From Bdellovibrionota bacterium (GTDB lineage: Bacteria; Bdellovibrionota_C; UBA2361), in the NCBI GenBank assembly GCA_044352465.1, contig JBILDU010000005.1, positions 1-58,471 on the forward strand: 58,471 bases of DNA. The letters are read 5' to 3'. The notes under the pieces are model-generated. The model saw nothing but the letters and a program-made list of their open reading frames with translations, was not told the DNA's origin and ran no database searches. The first letter of the stretch is position 1; every line of letters starts with the position of its first letter. Both the position numbers and the translations under genes were made by a program. Positions 27,196-37,826 of the stretch are shown in pieces.

Positions 27196-27204
27196 TTAAC
27201 AGAG

Positions 27205-28086
27205 GTGACTTCCATGACCGATCCGCAAAAGCGGGCACGCGTGCGTGTCCCAGATATCCTCAATCGAAAATCGTTGGCCCGCTCAACCGACGATAAAATC
27301 ACCGTCATTACAGCATACGATTTTACGATGGCGCGTCTCCTCGATAACGCCGGGGTCGATGTGATCTTGGTGGGAGACTCACTCGGCTCTGTCGTCCAAG
27401 GAGAGACGACCACGATTCCCGTGACGTTGGATCAGATGGCGTACCACTGTCGGTGCGTGACGAAGGGAGCCGAATACGCGCTCGTCGTTGGTGATATGCC
27501 CTTCATGTCCTACCAGGTTTCACCGGAGCGCGCAGTCGAGTCCGCGGGAAAGCTAATGAAAGACGGTGGTGTTGGCGCGGTGAAGCTCGAGGGGGGCGTC
27601 CATATGGCCCCAACGATCGCACGGATTACCGCGGTCGATATTCCGGTCATGGGGCATGTGGGGCTCACACCTCAATCGTACCACCGCATGGGCGGCTATA
27701 AGATTCAAGGTACCGGTGGGGGAATCGAGGGCCGACCCAGCGCTCCTGGCTCAAGAAGTCGGGTGATCGAAGATGCGCTCGCGGTTCAAGAGTCGGGAGC
27801 TTTCGCTGTGGTACTCGAATGTATCCCCATTGATCTCGCCCAGGAGATCACCGCCAAGCTTGATATTCCTACCATCGGAATCGGCGCGGGGCCCCACTGC
27901 GACGGTCAGGTGCTCGTCTCAGCCGACATGTTCGGTTTTCAGCCGCGGGTTCCCAGTTTTGTGAAACGGTACGCTGAGCTTGGTCGCGCGATTGAAAATG
28001 GGGCGCGGGCCTATATCGCTGACGTTCGGGATGGAGCATTTCCCCCGCTCGACGGCGAGACGTCTCGCCGTGCCACCGCGAAGTAA
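27205..28086 (+). CDS. panB: 3-methyl-2-oxobutanoate hydroxymethyltransferase
   Basis: [45 protein letters not shown]. Confidence 0.97.
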   Translation: MTSMTDPQKRARVRVPDILNRKSLARSTDDKITVITAYDFTMARLLDNAGVDVILVGDSLGSVVQGETTTIPVTLDQMAYHCRCVTKGAEYALVVGDMPFMSYQVSPERAVESAGKLMKDGGVGAVKLEGGVHMAPTIARITAVDIPVMGHVGLTPQSYHRMGGYKIQGTGGGIEGRPSAPGSRSRVIEDALAVQESGAFAVVLECIPIDLAQEITAKLDIPTIGIGAGPHCDGQVLVSADMFGFQPRVPSFVKRYAELGRAIENGARAYIADVRDGAFPPLDGETSRRATAK

Positions 28087-28168
28087 GCCGAGAAGTCATT
28101 TCAGAAATCAGCCGGGGCCGGCCTTGAAGGCCACTTATAATTGTCCCCGCGAGAGGAGAGGATTGTTT

Positions 28169-28552
28169 ATGCGTCGCATGCTTCATTCAAAGATACACCG
28201 AGCCACTATCACCCACGCGAATCTCGACTATGAGGGTAGTATCACCATCTCGCCTGAGCTTCTCGCCGCCGCCGATATATTGCCCTTTGAGGCGGTGAAT
28301 ATCTGGAATGTGACCTCGGGGACTAGGTTCGAAACGTATGCGATCGAGGGGCTCCCCGGTTCAACCGATATCTGTGTGAACGGCGCTGCGGCGCACCTCG
28401 TGACACCCGGTGATATTATTATCATCGCCTGTTTTGGGCTGATGTCAGAGGAGGCAGCGCGTGAACACACCCCGCGGGTGGTTTTTGTTGATGCTCATAA
28501 TCAGATAGTGCACCGTGGGCCAGAGATACCAGGGCCTCTGCTCCGAGTGTAA
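28169..28552 (+). CDS. panD: Aspartate 1-decarboxylase
   Basis: [15 protein letters not shown] cleavage site; RFETYAI; NGAAA. Confidence 0.97.
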   Translation: MRRMLHSKIHRATITHANLDYEGSITISPELLAAADILPFEAVNIWNVTSGTRFETYAIEGLPGSTDICVNGAAAHLVTPGDIIIIACFGLMSEEAAREHTPRVVFVDAHNQIVHRGPEIPGPLLRV

Positions 28553-28563
28553 TATCGCTGGGG

Positions 28564-28591
28564 AAAGAGCCTCCGGGCAGGGTGGCTTTTT
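28564..28591 (+). terminator. Weak terminator-like hairpin after panD
   Basis: aaagagcc...ggcttttt. Confidence 0.35.
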
Positions 28592-28644
28592 GGCGCCGCT
28601 CCTTGCTACACTCTGCGTGAACAAACGGATAGGTCCAACATCCC

Positions 28645-29124
28645 GTGAATAAATCGAAGGTCGAAAATGAGGGCATCAAGCTCATCGCGGCGAACAAGAA
28701 AGCGCGCTTCGATTACCACATCATCGAGACCGTTGAAGCGGGTATTGTCCTCACCGGGGCGGAGATAAAGTCGGTACGGGCCGGGGGGATCAGTATCGCC
28801 GAGAGCTATGTGGCACCGGGTGAGGATGCTCTCTATCTCCTGAACGCCCACATTAAGCCTTACTCCTTTAGTGGTGCGAAAGAGTACGATCCGATACGAC
28901 GGCGAAAGTTGCTCCTTAAAAAGAGTGAGATCGATAAATTTCGGGGCCGGGTCGAAAAAGCTGGTCTTACGATCGTACCGCTCCAGGTCTACCTCAAGGG
29001 CGGCTATGCCAAGGTCGAGATAGCTCTCGCGAAAGGGAAAGCTGCGCCGGATAAGCGACAGACTCAAAAACGGAAAGATGCCGACCGCGAGATAGCTCGG
29101 GCGGTGAAAGGGAGAGGTTCCTGA
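28645..29124 (+). CDS. smpB: SsrA-binding protein
   Basis: NKKARFDY; EAGIVLTGAEIKSVR; RKLLLKK; KGK..DKR. Confidence 0.97.
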   Translation: MNKSKVENEGIKLIAANKKARFDYHIIETVEAGIVLTGAEIKSVRAGGISIAESYVAPGEDALYLLNAHIKPYSFSGAKEYDPIRRRKLLLKKSEIDKFRGRVEKAGLTIVPLQVYLKGGYAKVEIALAKGKAAPDKRQTQKRKDADREIARAVKGRGS

Positions 29125-29370
29125 CGGAATTCGCTTTTGGGATACATCAAACTCCCCTCAAATTAGCGCCTTGGCGTGCCTGAATAGAGCTGCATAAAGA
29201 AACGTGTTGTATTTGGCGTTGAGATAGAAATGCGTTTTGATGCGCCCACCCTGATGCGTATCATACTGCCATCATCACCCCCGGCGAATTATATGGCGGT
29301 GAGAAAAGCATGGAAAATGAGACCGAACCCTTCGAATCCTGGTCAGCGGACCTGCGTTCAGGAGCTACGG

Positions 29371-32352
29371 ATGACCCCATTGTGGCTTATCCTCGCGATA
29401 TTTCTTTTCGTCACAAATGTCCTGGGGATACTGCTGTTGCGCCAGTGGAGCGCCTCAGTCAAAGCATGGATTGCCCCCACCGATGAGCTGATCGTGGCGG
29501 TGAACCAGGCGACGAATCTTATTAATGAGGCCGTGAGTGCCCGAAATCTCGGGTTGATCCGAAACGATATGTCGCTCGCTGCGGTAGCAACTTGGAACAA
29601 GCGCACCCTCGAAGAGGAGATCCTTCCCCAAATCGCCCGTCTTACAGCAGACGAACCGGATCAGCGGGGGCGGGGAACGGAGTTTATCGCAGCGATACGA
29701 CACCAGCTACTATCTCTCTTCGAGGAGCTCCCCCTGAGCGGCCAAGCCGAAACAACTCTTCGGGCGATGGAGCAGAGCGAGGCTAACCGTCTCGGTGCCT
29801 CGATTCAGCGACTGAGTCAAGAGTTGCTTTACGGTCAAGATACCCTCAGAGACCGTCGCGATGATGCATTCGCGCGCTCTTTATCGCGATATATCTGGCT
29901 TATCGTCGTTTGCAGCTCGATGCTCACGATTCAGGTGATAGTCGCGATTCGTCGGCTACGCCGCGAGTTGGCGCTGCGAGAGCGTGCAGAGGAGGTGGCA
30001 CGAGAGAGCGAGCTTCTTGAGCGCGATCGTGCGATCGAATTACAAACCCTGCTCGATACGGTACCGGCAGTTGTTCTCATCTCCCACGATGCGGATTCGC
30101 GCATCGTCAGTGGAAGTCGTGAGGCTTACGCCTCGTTGCAGCTACCGATAGGAGCGAATACATCAAAGACGGCTCTCATCGCTCCTCCGCAGCACTTTCG
30201 AATCTTTCAAAACGGCCGCGAGCTGCCGTACGACGAGCTCCCCATTCAGTTTGCAGCCCGCACGGGGAAGCCGGTCCGTGATGTGGAGCTCGAGGTCGTC
30301 TTTAAAGATGGAGCGGTGCGCCATCTCTTTGGAAGCGTTGAGCCTCTCTTTGATGGGGAGGGGAAGTCGCGAGGTTCCATCGCTGCGTTCACTGATATCA
30401 CCCAGCGTCGCGAAGCTGACCTCCTGCTGAAGGCGAGCGAGGCGCGGTGGAAGTTCTCGCTCGAGACCGGGCAGCTCGGATTTTTTGAATACGATTATGA
30501 TCAGGGTACGACGCGCTGGAATGATAGTGAATACCGTCTCATTGGCCGCGAGCCAAGCACTATTTCCGCCAGCCCCGAGGCTTTTGTTTCAGCGGTACAT
30601 CCGGACGACCGTGATCGCTTGAAGGGCGATTGGGCTGTCGCGCTCCAAAAGGGTAGCCTTGATACTGAGTTTCGAGTCGTCAGACCGGATGGTGAGGTGC
30701 GCTGGCTGGTCGGTAAAGGGACCGTGATTCAAGATGGCGCGGGCCGAAATCGGTGGTTCACCGGTGTAAATATCGATATAACGAAGGCCAAACGTATAGA
30801 GGAGGAGCTCTCCCGTGCTGTCCGAGAGCGAACTGAGGCGCTCAATACCCTTGACGCCTTCATGCGGGCGGCACCGATGGGGATGGGGGTTCTCGATCGA
30901 GAGGGGCGGTGTCGTTTCATCAACCGACATCTCGCCGAGATGGTGGGGCAGGCACCAGAGGAACAGCTCGGGAGGTTGATAGAGGAAGGGAATCCCGAGG
31001 TACTTGCGGCCGTCCTCCCCCGATTTAAAGAAGTTCTAGCTAGTGGCATAACGATCCAAGAGTTTGAGTTCGAAGGAGATTCTCCGACTCATCGAGGAGA
31101 TCCCCGAGTCTGGGTAGGAAGCTGGTTTCCGATCTACGGTGGTGGGAACGGGATCAGTGGCGTGGGAGCGATTATTCAGGACATCACCGAAAAAAAGCGC
31201 TCAGCCGATGAACTGTCACGGCACCGCGACAAGCTCCAAGATATCGTCGATAAAAAAACTCGAGAGCTCGCCGATTCTCTTCAGCGCCTCCATTCGAGTG
31301 AGCGACTTGCGGCGCTCGGGACTTTGGCTGCTGGTCTGGGGCACGATCTCGCGAACCTCGTCCTCCCGATCCGTGCGCGACTCGAATCGCTTGCGGTTGC
31401 GCCGGCGACACCGGAGATGCGGGGCGATATCGTTGCTATCGGCCAGGCGCTCGATCACTTGAGTAATCTCTCTGCGGGGATGCGACTGATGGCGCTCGAT
31501 CCGACGCGCTCTCGTGCAGCCTCAGAGGCGACGGACCTCTCGGTTTGGTGGACCGAGGCGCAAGGAGTTCTACGGGGAGTCCTACCCCGTAGTGTGCGTC
31601 TTGAGGCAAAGATCGCCGGCGGCCTCGGAGTGGCGCTGCCCCGTCACCAGCTCCTGCAAGCCGTATTCAATCTGGTTCAAAATGCGGGTGAGGTGCTCGA
31701 TCACGATGCAGATGGATGGGTGCGGGTAGAAGTCGAGGCAGACCCCGAGGATGCTGGTGAATTCGTCCTCATCTCAGTGCGTGATAACGGGCCCGGCATG
31801 ACCGACGAGGTCAAATCTCGCTGCTTCGACCCGTATTTTTCGACGAAAGGTCGGTCGATTTCGACCGGCATGGGACTTTCCCTTGTGAGAGGGCTCGTTG
31901 AGTCTGTGAAAGGCTCAGTTTCGGTTGAATCGCGTCAGGGGGGCGGTACGACATTTACGTTGCGACTGCCACGTTTTTCACCTTTGAAGGGGCTCCTTCA
32001 TCGTCGGAGTGGGGCGGCACGTTCGGCGGCCATCTCGATTACGGAACCGCGCCAGGCGGCTCTAGCGACGATGATCGCCGAGCGGCTTGACCTTAGAGTG
32101 GAAACTCTCCGCGATCGAGCCACGCCGCAAGCAGAGGTATGGATAACCGATGCAGCTTCGCGTGGAGAGGTGGAATATTTCCTCGCCGAGGCCGAGGAGC
32201 ATCGGGTTGTCTATCTTGGAAGCCGCCACTTCGATCCGGCCACGTTGAATGATTCTGAACGGTATCGGGGGCGGGTTGTCGTCTTACCCTTTCGGCCTGC
32301 TCCGATTATTTTACGTGAGACCCTCTTGCGGGTTGTTGAAGGTGGCGCGTGA
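29371..32352 (+). CDS. Membrane sensor histidine kinase with three PAS domains
   Basis: Two TM segments around a CHASE3-like region; PAS/PAC motifs DITQRR, VHPDD, DITKAK, DITEKK; AAGLGHDLAN; NLVQNA; DNGPG; FSTK; GMGL; AGGAG before ATG 29371. Confidence 0.9.
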   Translation: MTPLWLILAIFLFVTNVLGILLLRQWSASVKAWIAPTDELIVAVNQATNLINEAVSARNLGLIRNDMSLAAVATWNKRTLEEEILPQIARLTADEPDQRGRGTEFIAAIRHQLLSLFEELPLSGQAETTLRAMEQSEANRLGASIQRLSQELLYGQDTLRDRRDDAFARSLSRYIWLIVVCSSMLTIQVIVAIRRLRRELALRERAEEVARESELLERDRAIELQTLLDTVPAVVLISHDADSRIVSGSREAYASLQLPIGANTSKTALIAPPQHFRIFQNGRELPYDELPIQFAARTGKPVRDVELEVVFKDGAVRHLFGSVEPLFDGEGKSRGSIAAFTDITQRREADLLLKASEARWKFSLETGQLGFFEYDYDQGTTRWNDSEYRLIGREPSTISASPEAFVSAVHPDDRDRLKGDWAVALQKGSLDTEFRVVRPDGEVRWLVGKGTVIQDGAGRNRWFTGVNIDITKAKRIEEELSRAVRERTEALNTLDAFMRAAPMGMGVLDREGRCRFINRHLAEMVGQAPEEQLGRLIEEGNPEVLAAVLPRFKEVLASGITIQEFEFEGDSPTHRGDPRVWVGSWFPIYGGGNGISGVGAIIQDITEKKRSADELSRHRDKLQDIVDKKTRELADSLQRLHSSERLAALGTLAAGLGHDLANLVLPIRARLESLAVAPATPEMRGDIVAIGQALDHLSNLSAGMRLMALDPTRSRAASEATDLSVWWTEAQGVLRGVLPRSVRLEAKIAGGLGVALPRHQLLQAVFNLVQNAGEVLDHDADGWVRVEVEADPEDAGEFVLISVRDNGPGMTDEVKSRCFDPYFSTKGRSISTGMGLSLVRGLVESVKGSVSVESRQGGGTTFTLRLPRFSPLKGLLHRRSGAARSAAISITEPRQAALATMIAERLDLRVETLRDRATPQAEVWITDAASRGEVEYFLAEAEEHRVVYLGSRHFDPATLNDSERYRGRVVVLPFRPAPIILRETLLRVVEGGA

Positions 32353-32774
32353 GTGGAGATGGCGCGCTCCGTATCGTAGCGGTAGATGATAATCGCCTCG
32401 CTTTGTCGGCGATCGAGCGATGGCTTTCGAAGAGCGATAACTTCCGTTGGCTGGGGGGCGCTGAGAACCCCATAGAGCTATTCGAGATCTTGAAGCATGA
32501 GGAGCCGGACCTCGTGCTGCTCGATGTCGATATGCCGGGAATCGACACGTTCGAACTTCTTACGCAAGTGGCCGACCGCTATCCACGAGTTAAGGTCGTT
32601 ATGTTTAGCGGATATGTTCGAGCTGATTACGTTGAGCGAGCGCTTGCAGCTGGTGCGGTTGGATACGTTATAAAGGACGAGTCGATGGCCACGATCCTTG
32701 ATCTCTTGCGCCGCGCAGCCCTGGGAGAGTGCGTGTTAAGCGACTCCGCCGCTACGGCGTTTCTGCAGGGTTGA
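32349..32774 (+). CDS. Stand-alone response regulator receiver (NarL-type, no HTH)
   Basis: VDDN; LLDVDMP; GYVIK; overlaps the kinase stop codon. Confidence 0.9.
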   Translation: MSGDGALRIVAVDDNRLALSAIERWLSKSDNFRWLGGAENPIELFEILKHEEPDLVLLDVDMPGIDTFELLTQVADRYPRVKVVMFSGYVRADYVERALAAGAVGYVIKDESMATILDLLRRAALGECVLSDSAATAFLQG

Positions 32775-32846
32775 GTCTAGTCCAGACTCCACAGGCTGTG
32801 ACTAACAGGCTGAAATCACGCTATTCTTCTCGATGGATGCAAAAGA

Positions 32847-33680
32847 GTGGCGACTCGACTATCATCCCCGATCTTATCCGTAGAGGAGGGGAGCTGTCTG
32901 AGCCCAGATCCGTTTGATAAACGCCCGACGCCAGCCGAACAAGCTGAGCTGCTGCTTTCTTCGATCGAATTGACGTGCGAGATCGAGGCAGAGATTCTGC
33001 GCGATTGTTTCCGGGGACGTGCGCTGCGGGCGGTTGAGCGAGACGGTCCGGTGGCGATGGCGGATAAAGCGCGGGGCCGCTATGAGTCGCGCTTTCGAGA
33101 GCTAGTCGATGAGCATCTCGGTTCGGTCTTTGAGTTTCCTGAGAATTCGGGTTCGATCATTGAGTCGCGGGTGGTTTCTGAGTTTTCCTTTCGTCACGGT
33201 AACTCCGCGACTCCAGAGGTGCTCGGCCTCATCGAGCTTACCGCTCCGGGAAATCGAAGTGTTGTACTGACTGAGACGAAGCTTTTCACCCTCGACGCAG
33301 GTGTCGCCCTCGTGGAAGGGCGATCATTCGACGATGGCAATAGCTTTGAGGTGCGGCCGCTTTTTTCGCCACGTGCTTATGCAAGCGAGCTCGAAAACTT
33401 GCGGGGGCTAGCTGAGGAGACCCGCAAAGACCGTCATGTGCTTGAGCGGTTAGAGGATCGTTCGCTGCTTTATTACCTCATCCGTAAGGAGTTGGCTGAC
33501 CGACACGGCGTTGCTGCTTCGTGGTATCGAGAGGTGGGTTATCTCGCTCCGATCGGGTTCCCGGATCACCCTGCTTTCGAAATGCTCTTGACCCCCAACG
33601 GTAAGTTTATCGCTCGTCCACTTTACGAGCCGTCGTCGTGCCGGGTCTCAATCCAAACACGTTCCAGCACCCAGCACTGA
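32847..33680 (+). CDS. Hypothetical protein
   Basis: 277-aa ORF co-oriented with its neighbours; no recognised motif. Confidence 0.55.
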   Translation: MATRLSSPILSVEEGSCLSPDPFDKRPTPAEQAELLLSSIELTCEIEAEILRDCFRGRALRAVERDGPVAMADKARGRYESRFRELVDEHLGSVFEFPENSGSIIESRVVSEFSFRHGNSATPEVLGLIELTAPGNRSVVLTETKLFTLDAGVALVEGRSFDDGNSFEVRPLFSPRAYASELENLRGLAEETRKDRHVLERLEDRSLLYYLIRKELADRHGVAASWYREVGYLAPIGFPDHPAFEMLLTPNGKFIARPLYEPSSCRVSIQTRSSTQH

Positions 33681-34017
33681 ACGGGTTGTTCAGTGCGTCG
33701 CGCGTGGCCGGCCACTATTTTGCCTCGCTGCGGAGCCGCCCACTCCCTCCCGGGGCCGCGATTATGTGCTTGTTCCAGCGAGTTATTGCCGGATCAAAGG
33801 GAGCCGGGATTAGATGGAATAAGGGGCGCCAGCGCAACCGGCCCCTTGGCGAGGTGGCGCAGATCCGTTATTCTACGAGAACGCTCCATTGAGCCCCCAC
33901 CGTTCTTTAATCCTCTCATCATCCCGAAATCGCGGTTACGCCGGTCCGATACTCGCGCGATGAGTGAAGTTGTGTTTCCAAACTGGTCTAATTCGCGGTG
34001 GGTAAGGGCGTAGTTGT

Positions 34018-35490
34018 ATGAACGGAATCGACCCCATTTCCGGTGCAAACGATACCTCTTCTGAGGTACCCAAAGCGCTCTCGCCTGAGGCGCAGGGGGC
34101 CAGCCGTTTGGAGGGGGAGTCGATGGGGCGGGGGGCCGCTGAGGTTCGACAGCTCTTTCGTCAGGAGTTGGCCCTTCGAACTCAAACCCTTCTCGACTCT
34201 TTAGCTGGACTTGATATCGAGGGCCTTAAAGGGGTCAAGGATGGGTTAGTCGTCGCGATGCATCCGAAGCTTATCGAGGCTGCGCGTGAGGGATTCGGCC
34301 TTATCGTGCAGGATGGTGCCTCGCCAGGAGCTATCCCGAATGCACTCACCCGCATGAATGGGGCTGGCCGGTATTTACGGGGTGGGGTCACCGTTTTTAG
34401 CGCTGATGCGCGCCTTCTCTTCGGTGAATCGGACAGCGCCACCGCCTCCTTTCATTCCGTGGAGACCGGTGCGCGGATGCAATTCTTTACCGGTGCATTC
34501 GGAAAAATTCATAACCTACCAGGGACAACTATCCTCGGCGTTAACGGTTCGATCGATAGTCGTCGGGTGACGGTCTATCTCTCCGACCGCGGAGCCGATG
34601 GTTCGGTGAGTCAGTTTTATTTTCCGCCGTGCGTCGAGCGGGATCCCATCAAGGTATGGCGGGCCGGTCAGATTACCGCCGCGATTGCGGGGTTACATTA
34701 TCTTGAGGGGTGGCTAGAGCAGCGCTCGCAAAGTCGGTGTGTTTTACAGAGTCATTCGGCCGACATCTTGCTTACCGAGCGGCCACGCGGTGCTCCGGAG
34801 CATGAGGCCTCGATTCGTCTCATCAAAACAACGAACGATCAGTACTTTCGCCAATTGAGAAGTCTTATTCGGAGTGGGGGACACGAGGGCTTTATCTTTG
34901 GTGAGAGCTTTACCGGTGGGGCGATTAATTCCCTTTTCCAATCGGTCCCTCGCATGGCCCGTTACGTTGATTATGCCGTCGTCTGGTATGCCCCTGAGTT
35001 TAAAGAGGTCTTTGGAGTCGATCGCTCGTATCTAAACACTCAAACGATCGCGACGCCCCGCACCGTTGAAGAGGCGGCTTTAGGGCTGCTTGCGAATCCA
35101 CCGTCGATCGTTCCGTCGCCGTACCGGGCTGGGATTGTGGGTACGAAGGGGGCTCATACGGCGGTGACGACAAGTGGTTGGGCGAGCCTCGATATCCCGG
35201 GTGGGGTGGATAATTTTTCTGTGTGTGTCCGCTCTTTGTGGGGCGGGCGAGCTGTCACGTATACCGGCCAGTTGAACGTGGAAACCTCGCGAGCGCTCCC
35301 GCCCTGCTACGCTCGGAAGGAGATTACGAAACAGCTGGGTGTCACGGTAGCACTCTATCTTGTCGGTCGTGCGCTTGCGGATCTGAATCAAACGACCCCG
35401 GTGGCTTTTAAGCGAACGACGGCAGCGCTCGGTAACTTTATCCGGGGCCACGCGGGCTCTTCGCTTAACGTCGGGCGGGAGATGAGCTGA
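34018..35490 (+). CDS. Protein with two divergent CinA/PncC-like domains
   Basis: GESFTGGAINS..VPRMARYV..AVVWYAPEFK..FGV and DGASPGAI..MNGAGRYLRGGVTVFSADAR. Confidence 0.6.
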   Translation: MNGIDPISGANDTSSEVPKALSPEAQGASRLEGESMGRGAAEVRQLFRQELALRTQTLLDSLAGLDIEGLKGVKDGLVVAMHPKLIEAAREGFGLIVQDGASPGAIPNALTRMNGAGRYLRGGVTVFSADARLLFGESDSATASFHSVETGARMQFFTGAFGKIHNLPGTTILGVNGSIDSRRVTVYLSDRGADGSVSQFYFPPCVERDPIKVWRAGQITAAIAGLHYLEGWLEQRSQSRCVLQSHSADILLTERPRGAPEHEASIRLIKTTNDQYFRQLRSLIRSGGHEGFIFGESFTGGAINSLFQSVPRMARYVDYAVVWYAPEFKEVFGVDRSYLNTQTIATPRTVEEAALGLLANPPSIVPSPYRAGIVGTKGAHTAVTTSGWASLDIPGGVDNFSVCVRSLWGGRAVTYTGQLNVETSRALPPCYARKEITKQLGVTVALYLVGRALADLNQTTPVAFKRTTAALGNFIRGHAGSSLNVGREMS

Positions 35491-35516
35491 AAGAAGGACC
35501 GCGAGTCCTTCTTTCA
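35488..35516 (+). terminator. Intrinsic terminator
   Basis: Perfect 12-bp stem tgaaagaaggac/gtccttctttca. Confidence 0.7.
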
Positions 35517-35678
35517 TACACCCGGGTGCCCCCGCTCCCTCAGCCCCTTTAAGCCTATTATCCCCAAGGATTCGCGCGTTTTTGCAAGAGCGCATACGCT
35601 GAGATGACGCGGGAGTGGAAAATTACTATTCCTGTGGTTATACTTATAAGGAAACGCCGTCCAAGCGGCCTTCCATGA

Positions 35679-36061
35679 GGGGGTGTACCGGTTTCGACGG
35701 GATGTACTGAGGTGATGGTAAGCACGTCCAGGGTCCGCAGGCCTGGTAAAAAAGCGGAAAAAAATCAAACGCAAACGCTGATGATTTTGCGCCTCGGGCA
35801 CTCGCTGCCTAAGGCACTAAGACCCACTGCATAGCTTTGGGTCGGTTGAGTAACGGCGCGCCCGTAACTGTTATTCGGCTTAATATTCTCGGGCTAGCGA
35901 CCTGAGCCTTGCTCTAGGCTTAGGCGCAAAACACCAAGAGCTGGCGCTCCGGAATCTTGTGACCTTGAGTCCGTAGCGTGAGATTAAATCGGCCACTAAA
36001 CGTGTAGAAGGCCATCGCTGACGCTTCTCGGACGGGGGTTCAATTCCCCCCACCTCCACCA
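35679..36061 (+). ncRNA. ssrA: tmRNA; tag reading frame 35771-35812 encodes ANADDFAPRALAA*
   Basis: 5' GGGGGTG..GGTTTCGAC; 3' GGGTTCAATTCCC-CACCTCCACCA with the Ala G-U pair; tag ends in LAA; smpB nearby. Confidence 0.95.
36044..36059 (+). repeat. att core, tmRNA-side junction
   Basis: TTCCCCCCACCTCCAC. Confidence 0.9.
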
Positions 36062-36215
36062 TCTAGGGTATTTTACCTAATCATTTTAGTTGGTTAGGTA
36101 TGTAAAAGTTAGGGGTTCGCTCAGGTGGTACACCGACTGGTACACCACCTGAGACACTGACCAACCCTCAAATCGCTCTTCTAGGGTGCTTTACGCGCTT
36201 TAGGAGAGCATCTAT

Positions 36216-37721
36216 TTGAACCACTACACCCCATCATTTCTCATCAAAAACCGCTTCGGTACTTACTATTTTCGCTACTTAGTACCTAAGAAATTCACAG
36301 GTTATTCCGATAAACGCTTTGAGATCAGAAGATCACTTGGAACGAATCTTCGTAGTCTTGCTGTTGAGCGAGCACGAAGACTTCTAGTCAGCATTGAAGC
36401 GTTAATCACTGAATACGGAATGAAGCAGCAGCAACAAGATAACCCGATTGAATGGTTGAAGCGCACCATCACCGAACTAATGAAGCGCGATGAGATGGAA
36501 CGCGAACAGCGTCAAGATTTCTTTGCGCGTCTACTTGCTGAAGCAACTAATAAACTTGAAGCACCACTTGAGGTAATGCATTTCTCTGAACCTTCTCGCA
36601 GAAGACAGGAACGAAAACCTCGTCTTTCAGGGCTTTTGGCGATGCGGCTCTCAGAAGTGATTGAAAAGTATTGTATGGAAAGTCGTGTTCATTGGCGACC
36701 AAAGACTGAGTTTGAAAATAGATTTCTACTTGACCTGATCACAGATGCTCTTGGCGATAAACAGATCGGTTCGCTGACACTTGAAGATATGCGGGCTTAT
36801 AAAGAGGCGGTGCTATCTTTACCAAAAAACAGATCAAAGATGCCAAAATATCGTGGCAAGTCAGTGGCTGATCTGATCGCAATGAACATACCGCAAGAAG
36901 AACGGCTAAGCGGGCGTAATGCTCTCAAGTATCTTTCACGTGGCAAAACATTCTTCACTTGGGCTCGGCTCAACGGTTTTATGACGACTGAGATCGGGAG
37001 TGTGCTTACCTATAAATTACCCGTTGGTCAGATCAAGACGCGAGTACCTTTCAATCATAAAGAACTTAGATATCTGATTAAGTCTGAAGAGTATTTGAAA
37101 GGTCTTCATAAAAACCCACATCATTTCTGGCTACCACTGCTTGGAATGTTCACTGGCGCGAGACTAAATGAACTCTGTCAACTTCACTGTAAAGATATTG
37201 TTCGGCGTTCAAACATTTGGGTGATCTTAATTCGCGATGGTGATGATAAACGAGTGAAGAACCGCACCAGCATCAGAGATGTACCAATTCACAGTAAACT
37301 TATTGAACTTGGTTTCTTGAACTTTGTTACTGAACAAAAATCACGCGAAGAAGAAAGGCTCTTCACGCATTTGAAAAAACATCGTGATGGGTACGGTGGC
37401 AGTGCTTCAAAATGGTTCTGTGAGTATCAAGAACGGTGCGGAGTAAGACCTCTTGACCCCAAGCGCGAACTGAAAGGCTTTCATTCCTTCAGGCATACAG
37501 TAAGCACGGTGCTGGCAGCGAAAACCGCACCTCTATTACACGAGAGAGTGATTAATCAACTTCTTGGGCACGAAAAAGGTCAGTCGGAGACGATGAAGAC
37601 CTATGCTCATACGATAAGTATTAAATCGCTTCACGAAGCCGTGGAACATCTCAAGTATCACTTGGATTTTTCACATTTATTGAACCCGAAGATCAATAAG
37701 TGGGTTATTAGAGTTTCTTAA
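36216..37721 (+). CDS. Tyrosine integrase with a DUF6538-like N-terminus
   Basis: YYFRYLVP..EIRRSLGT; GARLNE; VKN; FHSFRH; LLGH; KTY. Confidence 0.92.
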   Translation: MNHYTPSFLIKNRFGTYYFRYLVPKKFTGYSDKRFEIRRSLGTNLRSLAVERARRLLVSIEALITEYGMKQQQQDNPIEWLKRTITELMKRDEMEREQRQDFFARLLAEATNKLEAPLEVMHFSEPSRRRQERKPRLSGLLAMRLSEVIEKYCMESRVHWRPKTEFENRFLLDLITDALGDKQIGSLTLEDMRAYKEAVLSLPKNRSKMPKYRGKSVADLIAMNIPQEERLSGRNALKYLSRGKTFFTWARLNGFMTTEIGSVLTYKLPVGQIKTRVPFNHKELRYLIKSEEYLKGLHKNPHHFWLPLLGMFTGARLNELCQLHCKDIVRRSNIWVILIRDGDDKRVKNRTSIRDVPIHSKLIELGFLNFVTEQKSREEERLFTHLKKHRDGYGGSASKWFCEYQERCGVRPLDPKRELKGFHSFRHTVSTVLAAKTAPLLHERVINQLLGHEKGQSETMKTYAHTISIKSLHEAVEHLKYHLDFSHLLNPKINKWVIRVS

Positions 37722-37826
37722 ACACAGAGTTCAAACTCATACTTTGCTAAGTATCATCAAACGCACTTATATGTTATAAGTGCTCCATTACATTGCTGAT
37801 TTAATTTTCAAACTAACGGAGCAATT

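Noticed and set aside
35514..35801. 95-aa minus-strand ORF
   Set aside because: Antisense to the tmRNA 5' part and its promoter
35880..36062. 60-aa minus-strand ORF MVEVGGIEPPS...
   Set aside because: Antisense reading of the tmRNA T-arm and acceptor end
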